NCBI GenBank assembly: GCA_026770705.1
Contig: JANJGN010000023.1
Coordinates: 5,828,001 to 5,892,000, forward strand
Source of the DNA: Isurus oxyrinchus
Lineage: Eukaryota
DNA length: 64,000 bases
Direction of reading: 5' to 3'
The position numbers and the translations under genes were made by a program. Of the stretch, positions 38,831 to 52,317 are shown one piece after another (within the stretch, counting starts at the first letter, position 1; the number at the start of each line of letters is the position of its first letter). The notes beneath the pieces were generated by a model, which worked only from the letters and a program-made list of their open reading frames with translations, had not been told where the DNA came from and made no database searches.

Positions 38831-41800
38831 ATTTCAGTGCACAAGAAGAAACGCGAAAGTTTCCGCAAGGAAATATCTTTGGTCGTGTACCAAAATTATT
38901 AAACACTGTTACATTGTTCACTGTCGCTCATGGGATGGTGTTTACTTCATAAGCTGGGCGGATTTAAAAAAAATATTTGCTGAGGATTTTCATGTGGCGC
39001 TTCACAAGAAATCATGCAAACTTATTAAAAGACTTTCCACTTTCCGTTTCAATTTAGTCATAGGAATAATGCAATTTTTAAATGAAGTTTCTCCAAGTAG
39101 AACAGGATGTGCTAATTTCGTAAAGCATGATTTTTCGCCTTACATCATAAAATATTTAAGAAACTGTGTATCCCTGTTAATTGTGCATTAATCACAATTA
39201 ATGCTCTCACTTAGGGCTGAGCATTGCAAAGTCAGGGGAGACGCACCATAACGGTCAACAATTTTGCACTGATTTTGCGGAATATACATCCAATTAAATG
39301 GTCAGATATCTTTAGGTACTTAATGCTTGTGAATGATAGGCCTTCGATAATTAGAGATTCTTGCACAAATTGTCTCCGTATCCGAAAAGTGTTTTGCCTT
39401 TTGTTTATATGGCGCTGAGCAAAGTAGAAAATAAAAGGACACCGCTGCAGTACTACGGATTTCCACTGGATGCCGCTGTTGCTTCACAAATGAGCCGAAG
39501 AAGACCTTGGCCTTTGTGTGTCTGTCTGGAATTCAATTCAATTCAATTCAAGGGTAGAAAAACAATTTTTTTGTAGTTCTATTTGAAGCATTAAAGCGCA
39601 TCAACAAGTTAAATTTCATTGCACGCCACAATTTCACTCTTTTAAAGTTAATTTCGGAGTTTAGATCACATCTGTTTATTGTAATTATAAAATGATATAC
39701 AGAAATAAAACAGCCAACGGACTAGTCTAATAATTATTTCTACTAATGTTCACATTTGAATCGACTCATTGTTTTGCCATGCTCCATGTTATTTAACTTC
39801 TATCGATTTAGAATACAGGGAGAAGACGATCACTGGTGTTGAAGAGATTGTCTCTCCATATATTATAGAATAACAGACCAGGTATTTTTTAAGATCTGGG
39901 TTGAAAGGTTGCCTGTGATCTGTTCAATAATTGCTGGGGTTTCCTATCCAGGGTCAATGATTGATGCTGGTATTTATACAATTTTGAGCTACAAAATAGG
40001 AAGATCGGAAAAAAATATGCGGCTTTGAAAGATCGATGTATATTAAACTGTCTTTCATTCTTTACTGTTTTTCCAATTAGCCACTTCCAACTCTCTTCCT
40101 GCTGCTTTCAGTTAGCGACCATCAAAATAAAAATAGACTACATCACCGATGCAAATTTTTTTTAAGTCTGCACATTTTTGCTGGTACAACATCCACTAAA
40201 GTTGGATTATCATAAAGATTAAACCCTGTAACGAGCAGAATGGACATAATTAGTGAATTAACTTGAAATGAATTATCCCCTTAAGGGTGAATAATGTTGG
40301 CGTCAACGTTGAGATTAATGTTAACCCTCTTCGTTCCTTTTGAACGAAAATGGCGATCCTAAACTTGAAATTGTAACTAAAGCAAGAGATATTGCTTGTA
40401 GAGGGAACCGTTGGAAGTATAATGTGAGACCGAGTGTTGAGCGTTTGTAAAGTCAACAATTTTTCCTCGACTCCTTTCTTCAGAATAAGAATAAATGAAA
40501 AAAAAAATCCCATTACACTGTAAAAGATACATTCTAGACTCATGCTAAGTGATCAGTTTCTAAAGCAAATACAACACAAATTGAACGAAACTTGCACCAA
40601 ATCAAACTTTGTTGCAAAACTTTAAAACTATTCCCAATTCCAGGGAGCAGAAACAAACAATAGAACATGTATAACACTCCTGAACAACCAAACAATTCAT
40701 TGCACGTTGGAGTGTTATTTGCGAACACAACTGAAGCAAGCAGGAAAGTGGGCATTTATCCGAAACCAAGCGAACTAAATTTGCAGCAGGATCCCTGAAC
40801 TCAGCTGGCTCTGGAAGCAGGAATCTAAAATAATAAACTTGGGGGTTCTATAATCAGGTGTTACCAAATCTCCTTACTGCATGGAACAAAGATGCTAAAT
40901 CAACGCAGATCAGGCAATATTTGCTCAGTTGGGATATTTACTGTTCTTTCTGTATCAATGTGAGATTGCGGAAGTGAAAATCAGAGCAGGAGTAAATGCT
41001 AAGAGTAGCCCCCCGGGAATTATATTACTGCACAAGAATTGTGCAAAATGCAGTGAAGGAATGAGGGTGCGAGATAAGGCGGGAGCGTTCTGATTTTCCC
41101 AGGTATCTGGTTTTTCACATGTGGTGTTCGTGGCTGCCATTAACTTGCCTGATATGTTATTCCTGCCCTTGCGTGCACCGATCTTCCGTTTCGATTTAAT
41201 AAAAGCTTCAATAATACACAGACAAGACCCAAAGCATTACGTCCAAGAATCCCGCTCTAGCCAGAAGTAACCTCCGGCTACCAGGAACGTGTAAGTCACT
41301 CACCTGTCAGATTGTTACAATTGTTGCAATTGTTCCTGTCAGATTGTTACGGTCTGTTTAAAGGTTTCCCCCCAGACTCTCATTTGTTGCTTTAATGCTG
41401 CATTTCCCCAGTCCCTCAACGATCATGGGCCGCAGAAGCTGCGCTCGTTTCCTCTCCCCGTTCGAATGCCCGCTGCAGATTTTATAGCACAGAGGATAAT
41501 ATTGCTGCTATTAGTACTCGACGTTGATCGCGCCGTCCTGCGCATTATGCAGATTGCCCGCCGTTACTGTTAAGCTTTTCAAAAGAACCCTTCGTTTTAC
41601 TAAGGAGGCTGTTGTATTTATAAGAAGTCGGTGCTGTGTGTACTTTCCGGTTCGTTTAATCAGTGGGATTTATGCCATGGAAGGTTCGTTTCAAAATGAG
41701 TTGTTAACATGTTATTAAAGATCAGTGAAATATAACTGTAGCCATGGCAACTGTTGTTGCCTGTTATTAGCGTAACATGGCAAGGTTACAGAAGATTACT

Positions 41801-43364
41801 GCGTCAGTCACTGGTAGGGCCATCTTCCACACAGATTGTTACTAAATAGGTTTACTTTCCATCAATGGGAAGATCCAGCGCCAATTCTGAACCCTCCTTA
41901 TTCTTCTTTCTCCTGCTTTGAGGCCATTCGGAACCATTAACAGATCGTGAAATTGATCCGTTTGCGGAGTGGTTTAGAAGTTTGTTCTGTTAGTGGAATG
42001 TGTTTGTCTTGACCTCGGGGTCAAAGGTGACCTTGACCTGACGGAAGTTCAAAGACAGTGCTCATTAGACCAGAAGGAAAAAAGATGGTCAGGCAGTTAA
42101 AGCAGCTGTGCTTTCCGAGAAAGGGGCAAAGAGAAAGAGAGGGATGATAAAAAGCGGGATGGGAAAGAATGAAAGGGAGCCAGGGAGATAAAGTAAAGGA
42201 AGACGTGGAGAGGAAGATAGAGAGACCGAGGAGGTTCAAAAAAGGGAATGGGAACAGAATTTTACAGTGAATCGAGTACCATTTGTTAAGGGAAATGATG
42301 TGTTATCATTTTGGAAGGAAAAATAACATTTCTGTTTTAATTAGAAACGTTTCGCCATGGTGGCTTGTTTTAAAAGTGAAACACGCAGCGGGGGCAGGAA
42401 AGGGCGGAGTCAGACAGACCAAGGCAGAGGAATGAAGATAAAAAGAGGAAGGAGGAGAAAGACATGGAAAGGATGAAAAAGGAATCGAAAACTGTAGCTA
42501 ACGGAGGGAGGGAAGGAACGCAGGGAAGGAGACCATAAAGGATGAGGGAGACAAAAAACAGAAAATGTAAACTATTAGAAAATGCTTATGTCGCTTTGCT
42601 AATCGAAGCGGATCTTGAGCAACAGTCTGAAACTGATTTAATCGACACACATTCGCCAAATCCAATGGACATGGTGGAGAAATGAGTTTATCAGGGAGAC
42701 AAAGCCACAATAATAATCATAGCGCGAGTGATCGAAAAGTCCATCTCAGAAGAATGGGTTGTAGGAAATCTTTCCAAATGCTTTACCTTGGAGAAATCGC
42801 TGGTCCCATTCTCTCCCTAGATGCATTTCACCAAAGTTCTGGCGTCTCCTAGTTTAACTGTATATTCAGGAAGTTGAAAATTACAAGCTGGTTCTCGCTT
42901 GTACGAAAAACAAGTCAGTCCTTAAATATGTTGAGGGTCTGTCACAGGGTCAATACGGCTGCCCCAGTTCTCGTGTAATCTGCCAATTAACAAATCCCGG
43001 CCCTGACCGTTCAGTGAGAACATGAATTTTTGTTTTGATCGTCGTCAAATCAGTTATCTTTAGTTTAAAAAGCAAATAAGCTAAAGGCAAAGCATGTTTA
43101 AACTCAACAAGGAGAGATAGGGAGAGAAAAAGATCTTGGCACCCGATATATTAGCAAAGACACAATACGCATCATGCTTTCAAGATGGTTTTTAATCATT
43201 TTTTCATTTGGTGACTTCAATTCAACTTTTCCATTAGCGACTGACATACAAACAGGAAAATACAAGGCCGGAGAACGAGAAAGACAGACGCAGAGAGAGA
43301 GAGAGACACTCAGAGAATGCGACGGTGAATCTATCAGAATGTTGGCAAAGAAAGATTAATTCAC

Positions 43365-43800
43365 GCTAGGCACTTGTTACATACGTGCCAGATACATACC
43401 ATGTGCATACTGCGTATAAGCTGGGCGCATGTTATGTACACGGCATGGAAATGCTGAGTGCGTGCAGAATGCATACTGAACACTGGTGAGAATAACTTAG
43501 ATACATACCATGTACATAATGGACACATGTTGGATACATGTAGAGTCCAAGTCAGTGTATGCTGGCTCATTGCTAGGCGCATGATGGATAGATACATGAA
43601 GGTTGCATTTTGGCTATGTGGTCAGTACATGATGGGCACATGTTAAGCACATGCTGGTTATATGATCAACATATGTTCTGTACATGATGACTACATGTTC
43701 ACAACCTGACATGTGCTGGGTACATGCTGGATACATGTTCGCAACATGATGTATATAAGTTTGGTGCATCTTGCACATATTGGGTCTGTGCAGCAGTATG
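43365..43800. repeat. Degenerate ~11-bp tandem repeat (TACATGCTGGA-like)
   Basis: Recurring ACATG/GCATG/CTGG motifs, e.g. ACATGTGCTGGGTACATGCTGGATACATGTTC. Confidence 0.6.
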
Positions 43801-44756
43801 CTGTTTCCATATGTACTCTGACAACATTCAGGCCTACTACAGCACCATAGCCTACAAATATCTAGACTGCTTGTTTGACAACCAGCACTGGATGAGCAGA
43901 AATTTCCTCCAACTAAATATTGGGAAGATAGAAACATTATCTTCAGCCTCTGCAAAACATGTACTTCTTAACCCATGACCTCATTCCTCGCCTTGGAAAC
44001 TGAGATATGCCAAGGCTGCATGCAAACTTGATGTCATAGTAGAGCCTCCAAAGATTTTCCAAACGCATGTCCAAGGCACTACTAAGACTGTCTATTCCAG
44101 CCTCCATAGCATTGCCACCGTTCTCTCTGCCTCAGATCATCTGCTGCTGAAACCCTCATTTTTCCCTTTGTTACCTCTAGACTTGACTATTCCAATGCAC
44201 GCCAAACTGGCTTCCCAGCTTCCACCCTTCATTAGTTTCAGGCTATCCAAAACTCTGGTAGCAGTGTCCTAACTTGCGCCAAGTCCCATTCACCCATCAC
44301 CTTTGTGCTCGTTGAACTAAATTATCTCTGGTTAAGTGATGCCTCAATTCTAAAATCATCATCTAATTTCAAATTCCTCCATGATCTCGCCCATCCTTAT
44401 CTCTCTAACCCCTCTCTCCATCACCTCCAACCCTACAACCCTCCGAGATATCTGATCTCCTTTAATTCTGCCCCCCCCACCCCCCCCCCCCCCCCCCCCC
44501 CCTCTGCATCCTAATTCAGATGCATTAAATATCTGGACCCTAAGCTCTGGAATTTCCTCCCTAAAACTTTCAATCTCTCTCGCTCTCTCTCCTTTAAGAC
44601 GCTGCATAAAATCTACATATGTAACCAAACTTTTGATCACCTGACCTTTTATCACTTTATATGGCTCAGACGGAAATTTTATTTGATAATCGCTCCTGTG
44701 AAGCTTGAGGCATTTCAGAACAATAACGGCGCTTTGTAAATATATAGTGTTGTTGC
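43800..44756 (+). mobile_element. 5'-truncated, decayed L2-clade LINE (RT C-terminus to 3' tail)
   Basis: FHMYSDNIQ (decayed YADD), WMSRNFLQLNIGK, AETLI..FVTSRLDYSNA, and a tail CGCTCCTGTGAAGC...GGCGCT...AAAT...GTTGTTG. Confidence 0.85.
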
Positions 44757-46877
44757 TACATTTTGGATATAACCGGATCAGAATAAGTGCAACCTTTGCT
44801 AAATCTTTCGGTTGTGATGGATGGGACTAAACACATGGCCTGTTCCCACCTCTCACATTAAATGGCTTCTCTTTAATCATTCCCTGTGTTGTGTATTACT
44901 TGAGGGGTGAAATTTATGAAATCCTGAAGTGGAATTAAATTTTACCGCGGCTGATATTCTGGGTCTCGAGGAGCCGGCTTGTAAAATTTTTGAGAATAAG
45001 TTTGAGGGATGCATTTAATAAGGGTGACCCGCTGCCCATTTTTCCAATGTGCGGCTGTGAACTACGAACCACATTGGAGGAAAAATATTGCTGATCTCAC
45101 CGTGCCTTATTTTGGTTGGGTGCAAATTCTGAAACTTTCTCTCCAGTCACCCGAAAGTTTGTGGCGTTTATTTTACAAAGCGGTGAACCAGGCCACTGTG
45201 GAGTTAGGAATTCGATTCGTGCTAAACATTCAAAGAAGGAAACGAGACTTGGTTCAACTCGAAATCATGCATCGTATATGCCAGTTCAGAGGACATCCAA
45301 ATATGTGTTGTCTCTCACGCGTAGGAATTAATCTTGGCCCTTTAATGAAATTTCACCCCCGTCGCCCAACCTCTACCACACCTTCTACCCGCCCCCCCCA
45401 CCCTTCTCCCGTCATCTGAAATCCCAAACTCTGGCCCCTGCACCGCAGTTTATTGTGGGCTGTGATTCTGCATTCGATAGGAACTTAATTCTGACTGTTG
45501 TGCGATTTAAAAAAAAATGGACTGCAAAGTTGTGAAGTGAAATGTTCCTGCTGCACGAATTTGCTGTTAAAATACCTATGCATCAGGAATGAACGCAGTG
45601 TTGCGAAAATCTGCGTGATGATTCAACTTAACTTCGTGGATTAGAAATACTGAAACAGAATCAAGTGTTGAAGTGTTTAAGTTTTAGTGGAAATAATCAG
45701 AGAATATTGAATCAGCAAACACTAGTTTTTTTTTCCCTGAGGAGCATGGCAATAAGTTATTGAAAAAAAAAATTGCAACTGAATAGCCATTAAACCTGCA
45801 TTACTAGTTGTTACATATTATACTGTGTTCCGAAATAAGGCGCCACAACGCTGAATTCCACGAGATAGTTCTCATAATTGAAATCTGAGTAAATATATAA
45901 ATTGTTAGAGGTAATAATTCTAAAATTAACGAATAAGAAACTGTGCGCTATGAATATCTGTTGACAGTAATCTGTGAAACTGAGGATCATTTGAGGTCCT
46001 TGGCTGTTCAACAGCTGGCCCGGGAGGTAATAGCACATTCCTCTTGATATATTAATCTGTTTATGTCACCAAGTGTACCTGGTGTGTCCTGTTTTTATGA
46101 CTGAAAGCACGCATATTAAAGAAGTTAACGTGAAAAATGTGATAAAATGCCAACAACACCATTAATGTTTAACCTCAAAGTGCATAAGGAACTTTATATG
46201 ACCTGACATGGCTATTTGCACGCCCCCATCTTTTAACTAAACGGTCACAGGCACAATTTCCGCTTACTAGCTCAAATAATCGACAGGTACAGATACTGAT
46301 ACATGCACGGCCAATAAATTAAAGTATTCCTTAAAATAAAGATGTAATATATTCAGGCATCGTTTATAATATTTAAAACAAACACTATTAATTTATTAAG
46401 GCGTAATTTATAACTAAGAGGCTTGGCCTGTAGGTAATCCGCTTGGGTAATTAGCTGCATTAGAACCGGAACCTGATGCTTGAATATTCATACCCTGTTG
46501 TACCTTTATGTCTAGATGTAATTAATTAGGCTGGATATATTTTCAATATACGATTCATAAGTTGTTAATTTCGCTATTACCTGGACAGCGTATCCCTTTT
46601 CCTGCAATACGGCGAGATTCCGATAAGTTACTCAGGGTTAGACTGTTTTTGCATATCATTATTAAGTGTATTTTCACCGGCTGTGGTCGTAGTACACTAG
46701 TACTATTCCAGTGGATAATGATTCGAGCCTCGGCTCGTCAGTCTGAATTAAGTGATATCAGGATTGCCTATTGCATATTCACTTTGTGTCTTGTATTCAT
46801 TTTTTTAAAATATGCGTTTGTAAATGGCAGTGTTCAAAACTTGTTCCCGCATGTATAGTTAAAGTGTTGCCCTTGAA

Positions 46878-48300
46878 CTAGAATTACATAAAATCTACAG
46901 CACAAAAAAGCCCAAATCATCTAAGCAAGTGTTTCTGCTCCACATGATGTTCCACTCTATCTAGCTCTTCCCACCCAGTCCCTATACTTTTTGCTCCATC
47001 CCTTTCCGCCTCATATATGCATCTGACCTTAAATGCAACCACCTGCTTCAACTTTTACATTCTGCCATCCTCACTACCTGCTTTGTAAAGACATTGCTCT
47101 TAGATCCTTTATCTGATGTTTATGTTTCCTTAGCCCATAGGTAGGAGCGTTTTTCCCCACTCTATTGACTCTATTGGCTTTCCTAATTTTCGAACTTCTG
47201 TCTGGCCTCCTCCTGGTCTCAGCTTTTCCAGAGAAAAGAGATCCAGAGTGTTCAATCTTATCTAGAAATCGCGCATCCCAATTCCAGTAATATCCTTGTA
47301 AATATTTTCTGAACTTTGTTGAATTTATCAATATCATTTTTATAGTGTGGGGATCAGATTTTCATATTCCAAATTTGGTCTAACCAATATTCTACATTCA
47401 TTTAATATTATCTTCCAGCATTCGTGCCTACTTATCTACAATTACACCCCAACACTGTATTTGTAATCTTCACGGGTCTACCAACTTTTCTTGCTACTTC
47501 TAATGATGCATGCACCTATAATTCCCAAATGTATTTGTCATACAACAGCGTGTAGTTTCTTTCATTTCAAGGAATATGTAGTCTCTTTATTCCTGCTGTA
47601 CAAATTTACCGTCTCACACTTCGCTAAATTGTATTTTAATTGTTGTTTTCCAACTACTCTGCAAACCAGCTTATGTCTTCCTGTATTTTAGTGACGTCTT
47701 GCATCTTCTTAGCTGCACCCCGTAATTTGGAATCATCTGAATTTGTCAACACTATCTCAAAGTACTGAGCAATTGGATATCAGCCGCCCAAGATAGATTT
47801 CTGCAGGACTACACATTCTACTTTCTGCCAAGCCGAGAAAACTCCCATAAGTTCTACCCTGTCTTCTATTTTGTGGCCATCTTTCAATTCAATCTGCTGT
47901 CTGGCTCCTGATTCCACACAACCCTTTGTTTGTCCAGGGTCTCATAGGTGGCACCTTCTCGAAAACGTTCAGAAAGCCTTCTTCGCTCTTGTCCATTCTT
48001 TTATTTAACGTACTCAATAACATGGTTTAAACACGAGTTTCATTTTAGAAACAAATGCTGTTTTATTATTATATTCTCCATCTTGCTAACCGATTTTTTA
48101 ACAAAGGTTCTAGTATTATCCCTACCATCGAATAGGAATAAGGTATAATTCTTATTTTTTGAGGTCGATAATTCTCTTGTTTATTCTAACTCCCATTTTG
48201 AAGACAGAAATTGCAATTGTTGTGACAATTCTACTGGATTTGTTCCTTTTCCTAATGTTTTGTCTGTGTTTGGCCATTCGTAGCTCTGCTATCTTCTCTC
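46878..48300 (-). mobile_element. Old, decayed CR1-type LINE fragment
   Basis: Reverse-oriented CR1 3' features such as AGAATTACATAAAATCTACAGCAC and CCAGTAATATCCTTGTAAAT...TATAGTGTGGGGATCAGA...GGTCTAACC. The far boundary is approximate. Confidence 0.6.
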
Positions 48301-48644
48301 TATTCGTTGGAATATCGATAAGGGTAATCCATCTGAACCTGGGCTATTGTCATACTTAAGTTTGCCTAGTTTGCCCTAGTATCGCTTTTTTTCTCCAAGT
48401 CAACTGTTGTAATAACATAGTTTTGTTGAACTGACATTGCGCAATTGTGCGTTGATGTGTGATACAAAACGTGTAAGTACCTACTCTAGGAAGCCTATGT
48501 GCAATTAGATGTGGCACTTGCAAGGGTTGTACGAGAAGCAGCACGGAACCACATAGGCAATCACTTGCCCATAAAAATATTGCAACTCTCCAAAGCCTAA
48601 AAGTTAATTTCAAAGAGATTACCAGATGGTCGGGTCGGGGGTTG

Positions 48645-48703
48645 GGAGTGTGTGTGTGTGTGTGTGTGTGTGTGAGGGTGGGCGGGGGGGTGGGGGGGGG
48701 GGT
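48645..48703. repeat. (GT)n followed by a G tract
   Basis: Direct reading. Confidence 0.85.
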
Positions 48704-51700
48704 ACTAATTATACGCTGAGGTTCCCAACACCGGCAAAGATGTGTTTTCTCCAAAGGAGAAGTTTCCACCGATGACTACATTTCAAAAATGCTAAAAATA
48801 TTAAGAAATTAAGAAATAAAGATGAGAACGGATAGTATTTTTCTTATTCAATGGATATCCTGTGTTGACACTGCTTCTGCTTCAAGAATCAATTCATGTC
48901 CTGGAATTGAAATGAAAAATTTTGTTTATCAAGCATATAAGATTTTGAAGTTTACACGTAATTTGGCACGCAATGTAAAGTATTCTTTAGCGCAATAATT
49001 TTCCACCAGGGTAGCACGAAGCAATACACATTATTAAATTAAGTTTCCTTCATTTCGAGTATTTCCATGTTTTGAGAAATGGTATATTCAATTCTACAAT
49101 CTAGCATTCTTATCAAGCTTTTTTCCTCCCTGATGTGGATGGCTTTTATAACCTTGTTATCCAGTGCAGTGCTTAAATTGCAATGAAGATTCCATTAATT
49201 GGGACGGTTTAAATCTGAGCTGAGACTGTGTTTTGTGACATTTAAACATCGATGCGCACGATTTAATGGAGAAAGCAAGGATCATTATGTCACGCTGGCT
49301 TGTTTTAGTGAAATAAATATTGAAGGGAGACAATGTAATATATGGCGTCCGTTGTGAATATACAATATTAGGTTGGCGCAGCGACCGTTATAAATGTCTT
49401 CACTTCTATGTATCATTGCTTTATAGCCTAAATAGTGTCTGAAGTGCGCCATGGGGGTTTAACTCTGCTGTATTGAAAATTAAAGCTTGAAGTTTCTTTT
49501 CAGTGATAAAGAAAAAACATGGATGTTGCACACATCCTGCTGAAGACCGGTGCCGCACTCCGTGTGGTTTCAAAACTAGTTCTGGTTTGTGATGCAAATG
49601 TACCTACAGTATTAACCTTGCAAGGGTTAGTTTATACAAGCGAGGAATTTCGAAGTGATGTACAAACTCAATGCGGATATCTAAGAAATAGCAAGTGCAT
49701 TCATGCTTAAGATTGTATTTTGCATTCAATTTGATGTGAGTTTGCATTGTCGGCGTTTAAAGTGCAAACCAAGCAGCCTTCGACATCCGGTCCCATCTAC
49801 AAGTCGAGCAGATTTGTCAAGTTAAAAGCTCAGCTTCACAACTGAAGAATTCAGCACCAGCATAAATGCTGATTAAACCCCAATAAAAATGTCTCCCAGA
49901 ATAAGGGCTGTGACTACATAGCGTTGAGCTGGGTGGGAGTGTTGGCACACGACTGCCCGCTAAAGCCGGGCCCTCCAGTGCAGTGTGTTCAATCTTTCGA
50001 CTTTAAATGAAAAGCAGCATTCTTGCAGACTGAAACTGAACTTGTCTGCTACTTTCATTTACTCACCCCGACAATGATAAGAATTTCGGCTTAACGCGTC
50101 AAATAAACTTCAGGTTTCTGGGGTAAAAGCTGTTGCACCTTTCTTTTTTATGTTCAGTTGGAAGATCTCTCTCCCTCTCTAGCCCCAATTTTGCTGTTTG
50201 TTACAAGGAGGCACCCCTGTCTCTGTCTCTTTTTTTCGTCAGCCAGTTGTCTGTTAGCACATAAAATTTACACAGACAGGCAATAAAGTGTCTGGCTGCT
50301 GTGTACGCTCCGTATACAGTGCCTTAAAAACCACTGGTTTTAAAATGCTGCGACAGCACTTGATGTTTTAGCTTTTACCTGCATTTAGATTTTGTAATCT
50401 CTGCAATTTTTTTGGAAATGCCAAAACGTTGCTTCTTTGGTGGATAGATATTTTATAACAGCTATTAAACAAAAAACAACGTCACTGTGAAAGCAAACCT
50501 GAAAACTGTACTTGATCATGGATGTTTGGTGTGACATTCTCAAAGTTTGAAGTGCCAATAAATAAAGTAAATTTTAATTATTCCATAAGGGTACAAAATT
50601 CCAGGTTTTAAAATATGAGACTGATAAAAAGGAAGAACTGTCTTCGTTGCCTCTGTCAGCACTCCGGGCAGTTTATGACCGTATCTGGGGCGACTGGCTG
50701 CAAATGAGTGAACTTCTCTTGTTATTTCTGTCGCGCAATTGTTTTCCCTCCTGCAGTTTCTAACCTTGAAACGGTTCCAGACTTAAACTTTATTTCCTGG
50801 ACGCATTCCCTTGTGGAACTTAGTTGTCGCTCATTCAGGAGCGGATGTTTATTTGAGTGAAAGTTTAACGCGTTGGAAACTCAAGTGAAGTAATTCTATT
50901 GACTGGTGTCTTGTTTCCAGCAACATTTTTGGTGACGATGCTCATAGAAAAGAGTTTTTTTTTGGATGAGGGGAAGGTTTAATTAATACAAGTGAAGCTG
51001 CATTGAACATACATAGTCAATCAACACATTAAAAAACGCTATCTATAGTTGAAAAGAATCTGTCTATTGCTGTGTAGAGTCTCGGGTACTTCAAGAAATC
51101 CAAGGCTGGATAATCTGTAGACAAAACTGATATGCTTGCTCTCCATTTGTAATTTTTCTTCATATGTGTGTCTAAGAACAATATATTACGGTCCCGTGTT
51201 ACAATACAGTTGAACGTAGTGAACCATGTGACGTGCAGCGTGATCATGTGATCGTGCCAAGAATCAGGGCCAACGCACAGACGATGTAAAGCCTGCAGCT
51301 TTTTAAATACATGCTGTCGTTACCTTTTATTATTCTCTCTGTTGAGGTATCGATTTGAAGTGGCAACCATCTAACAACAGAACACAAATATGTGTCTGAA
51401 AATACTTATGACGAATTCGTCGCTGATCTCTTGAAATTAACAAGTAAAAACTGTTCCTTTTAGTCGTAAAGGCCTGTTGTAGGCAACTGTCTTTTTGAAT
51501 AAAAGTAATCTTTGCAGAATCTTGCCTATCCACTAAATAGCTATTTCAAAACATCGCTTATTTATTTTATTAAATTGTTAAACTACCATATCTTTTTTTA
51601 TTGATCGGGGTGTTTGATTTCAAATGTTCTTTCCAGGTGACTTGAGCAATTTGTCTTCCCAAGGTACAGTAGTTAATTTGTACCAGTCTGGCTGTTGTAC

Positions 51701-52317
51701 AATAGTTTTAATTACATTTCTATTGAGACGTAGTAATTCAACCAAAAATGAATGCAATACATTCCAGTAAGAGCATGCAAATATTATCTTGAGGTTGCCA
51801 CTGTTCTGCCAATCAAGCATGTGGAATGTGGCATGAATCAGTTTATTTATTTTCTTTTGAAACTGAAGACAAAACTGCAACAGAACCTTTAAAATATGGA
51901 TTACATCGTGTGGCTTATTCAAACCTTTCGAACTGTGTATTCGTTGTGAATTTTTTTTTTACTTAAAGGGCTCGTTTTATTCCCCACATGAAAAGAAGAT
52001 AAACTCTGAAGGAACATGCTCCATATTTCATCATAGTGGCTTGGCTCGCTGACATTTGTTTAGAAGCTTTCACTGACCCCAGAATTTTCTCTTCGGGGGA
52101 TGACTAAGACCTCCCTACAGTTAATTGTAACCACGAAAAATTATTGATAAAAGTAAATCAAGAAGCATCGAAGTTGACAATTCGTTCATCTCTACATTGT
52201 TGGCTGCAGCATACATTTAAAACTGGGTTAACTTTTTGTTGCAGTTTATTGAAGTGTTGTGAAATTAACAAATGCATTAATTGGCAATCAGCATAGTGCG
52301 GTACTTAGTGCTACTGT

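Noticed and set aside
45009-45419. 136-aa ORF (also 19779-20183, 35673-36053 and 21918-22286)
   Set aside because: No recognisable domain or splice support. The lengths are compatible with chance.
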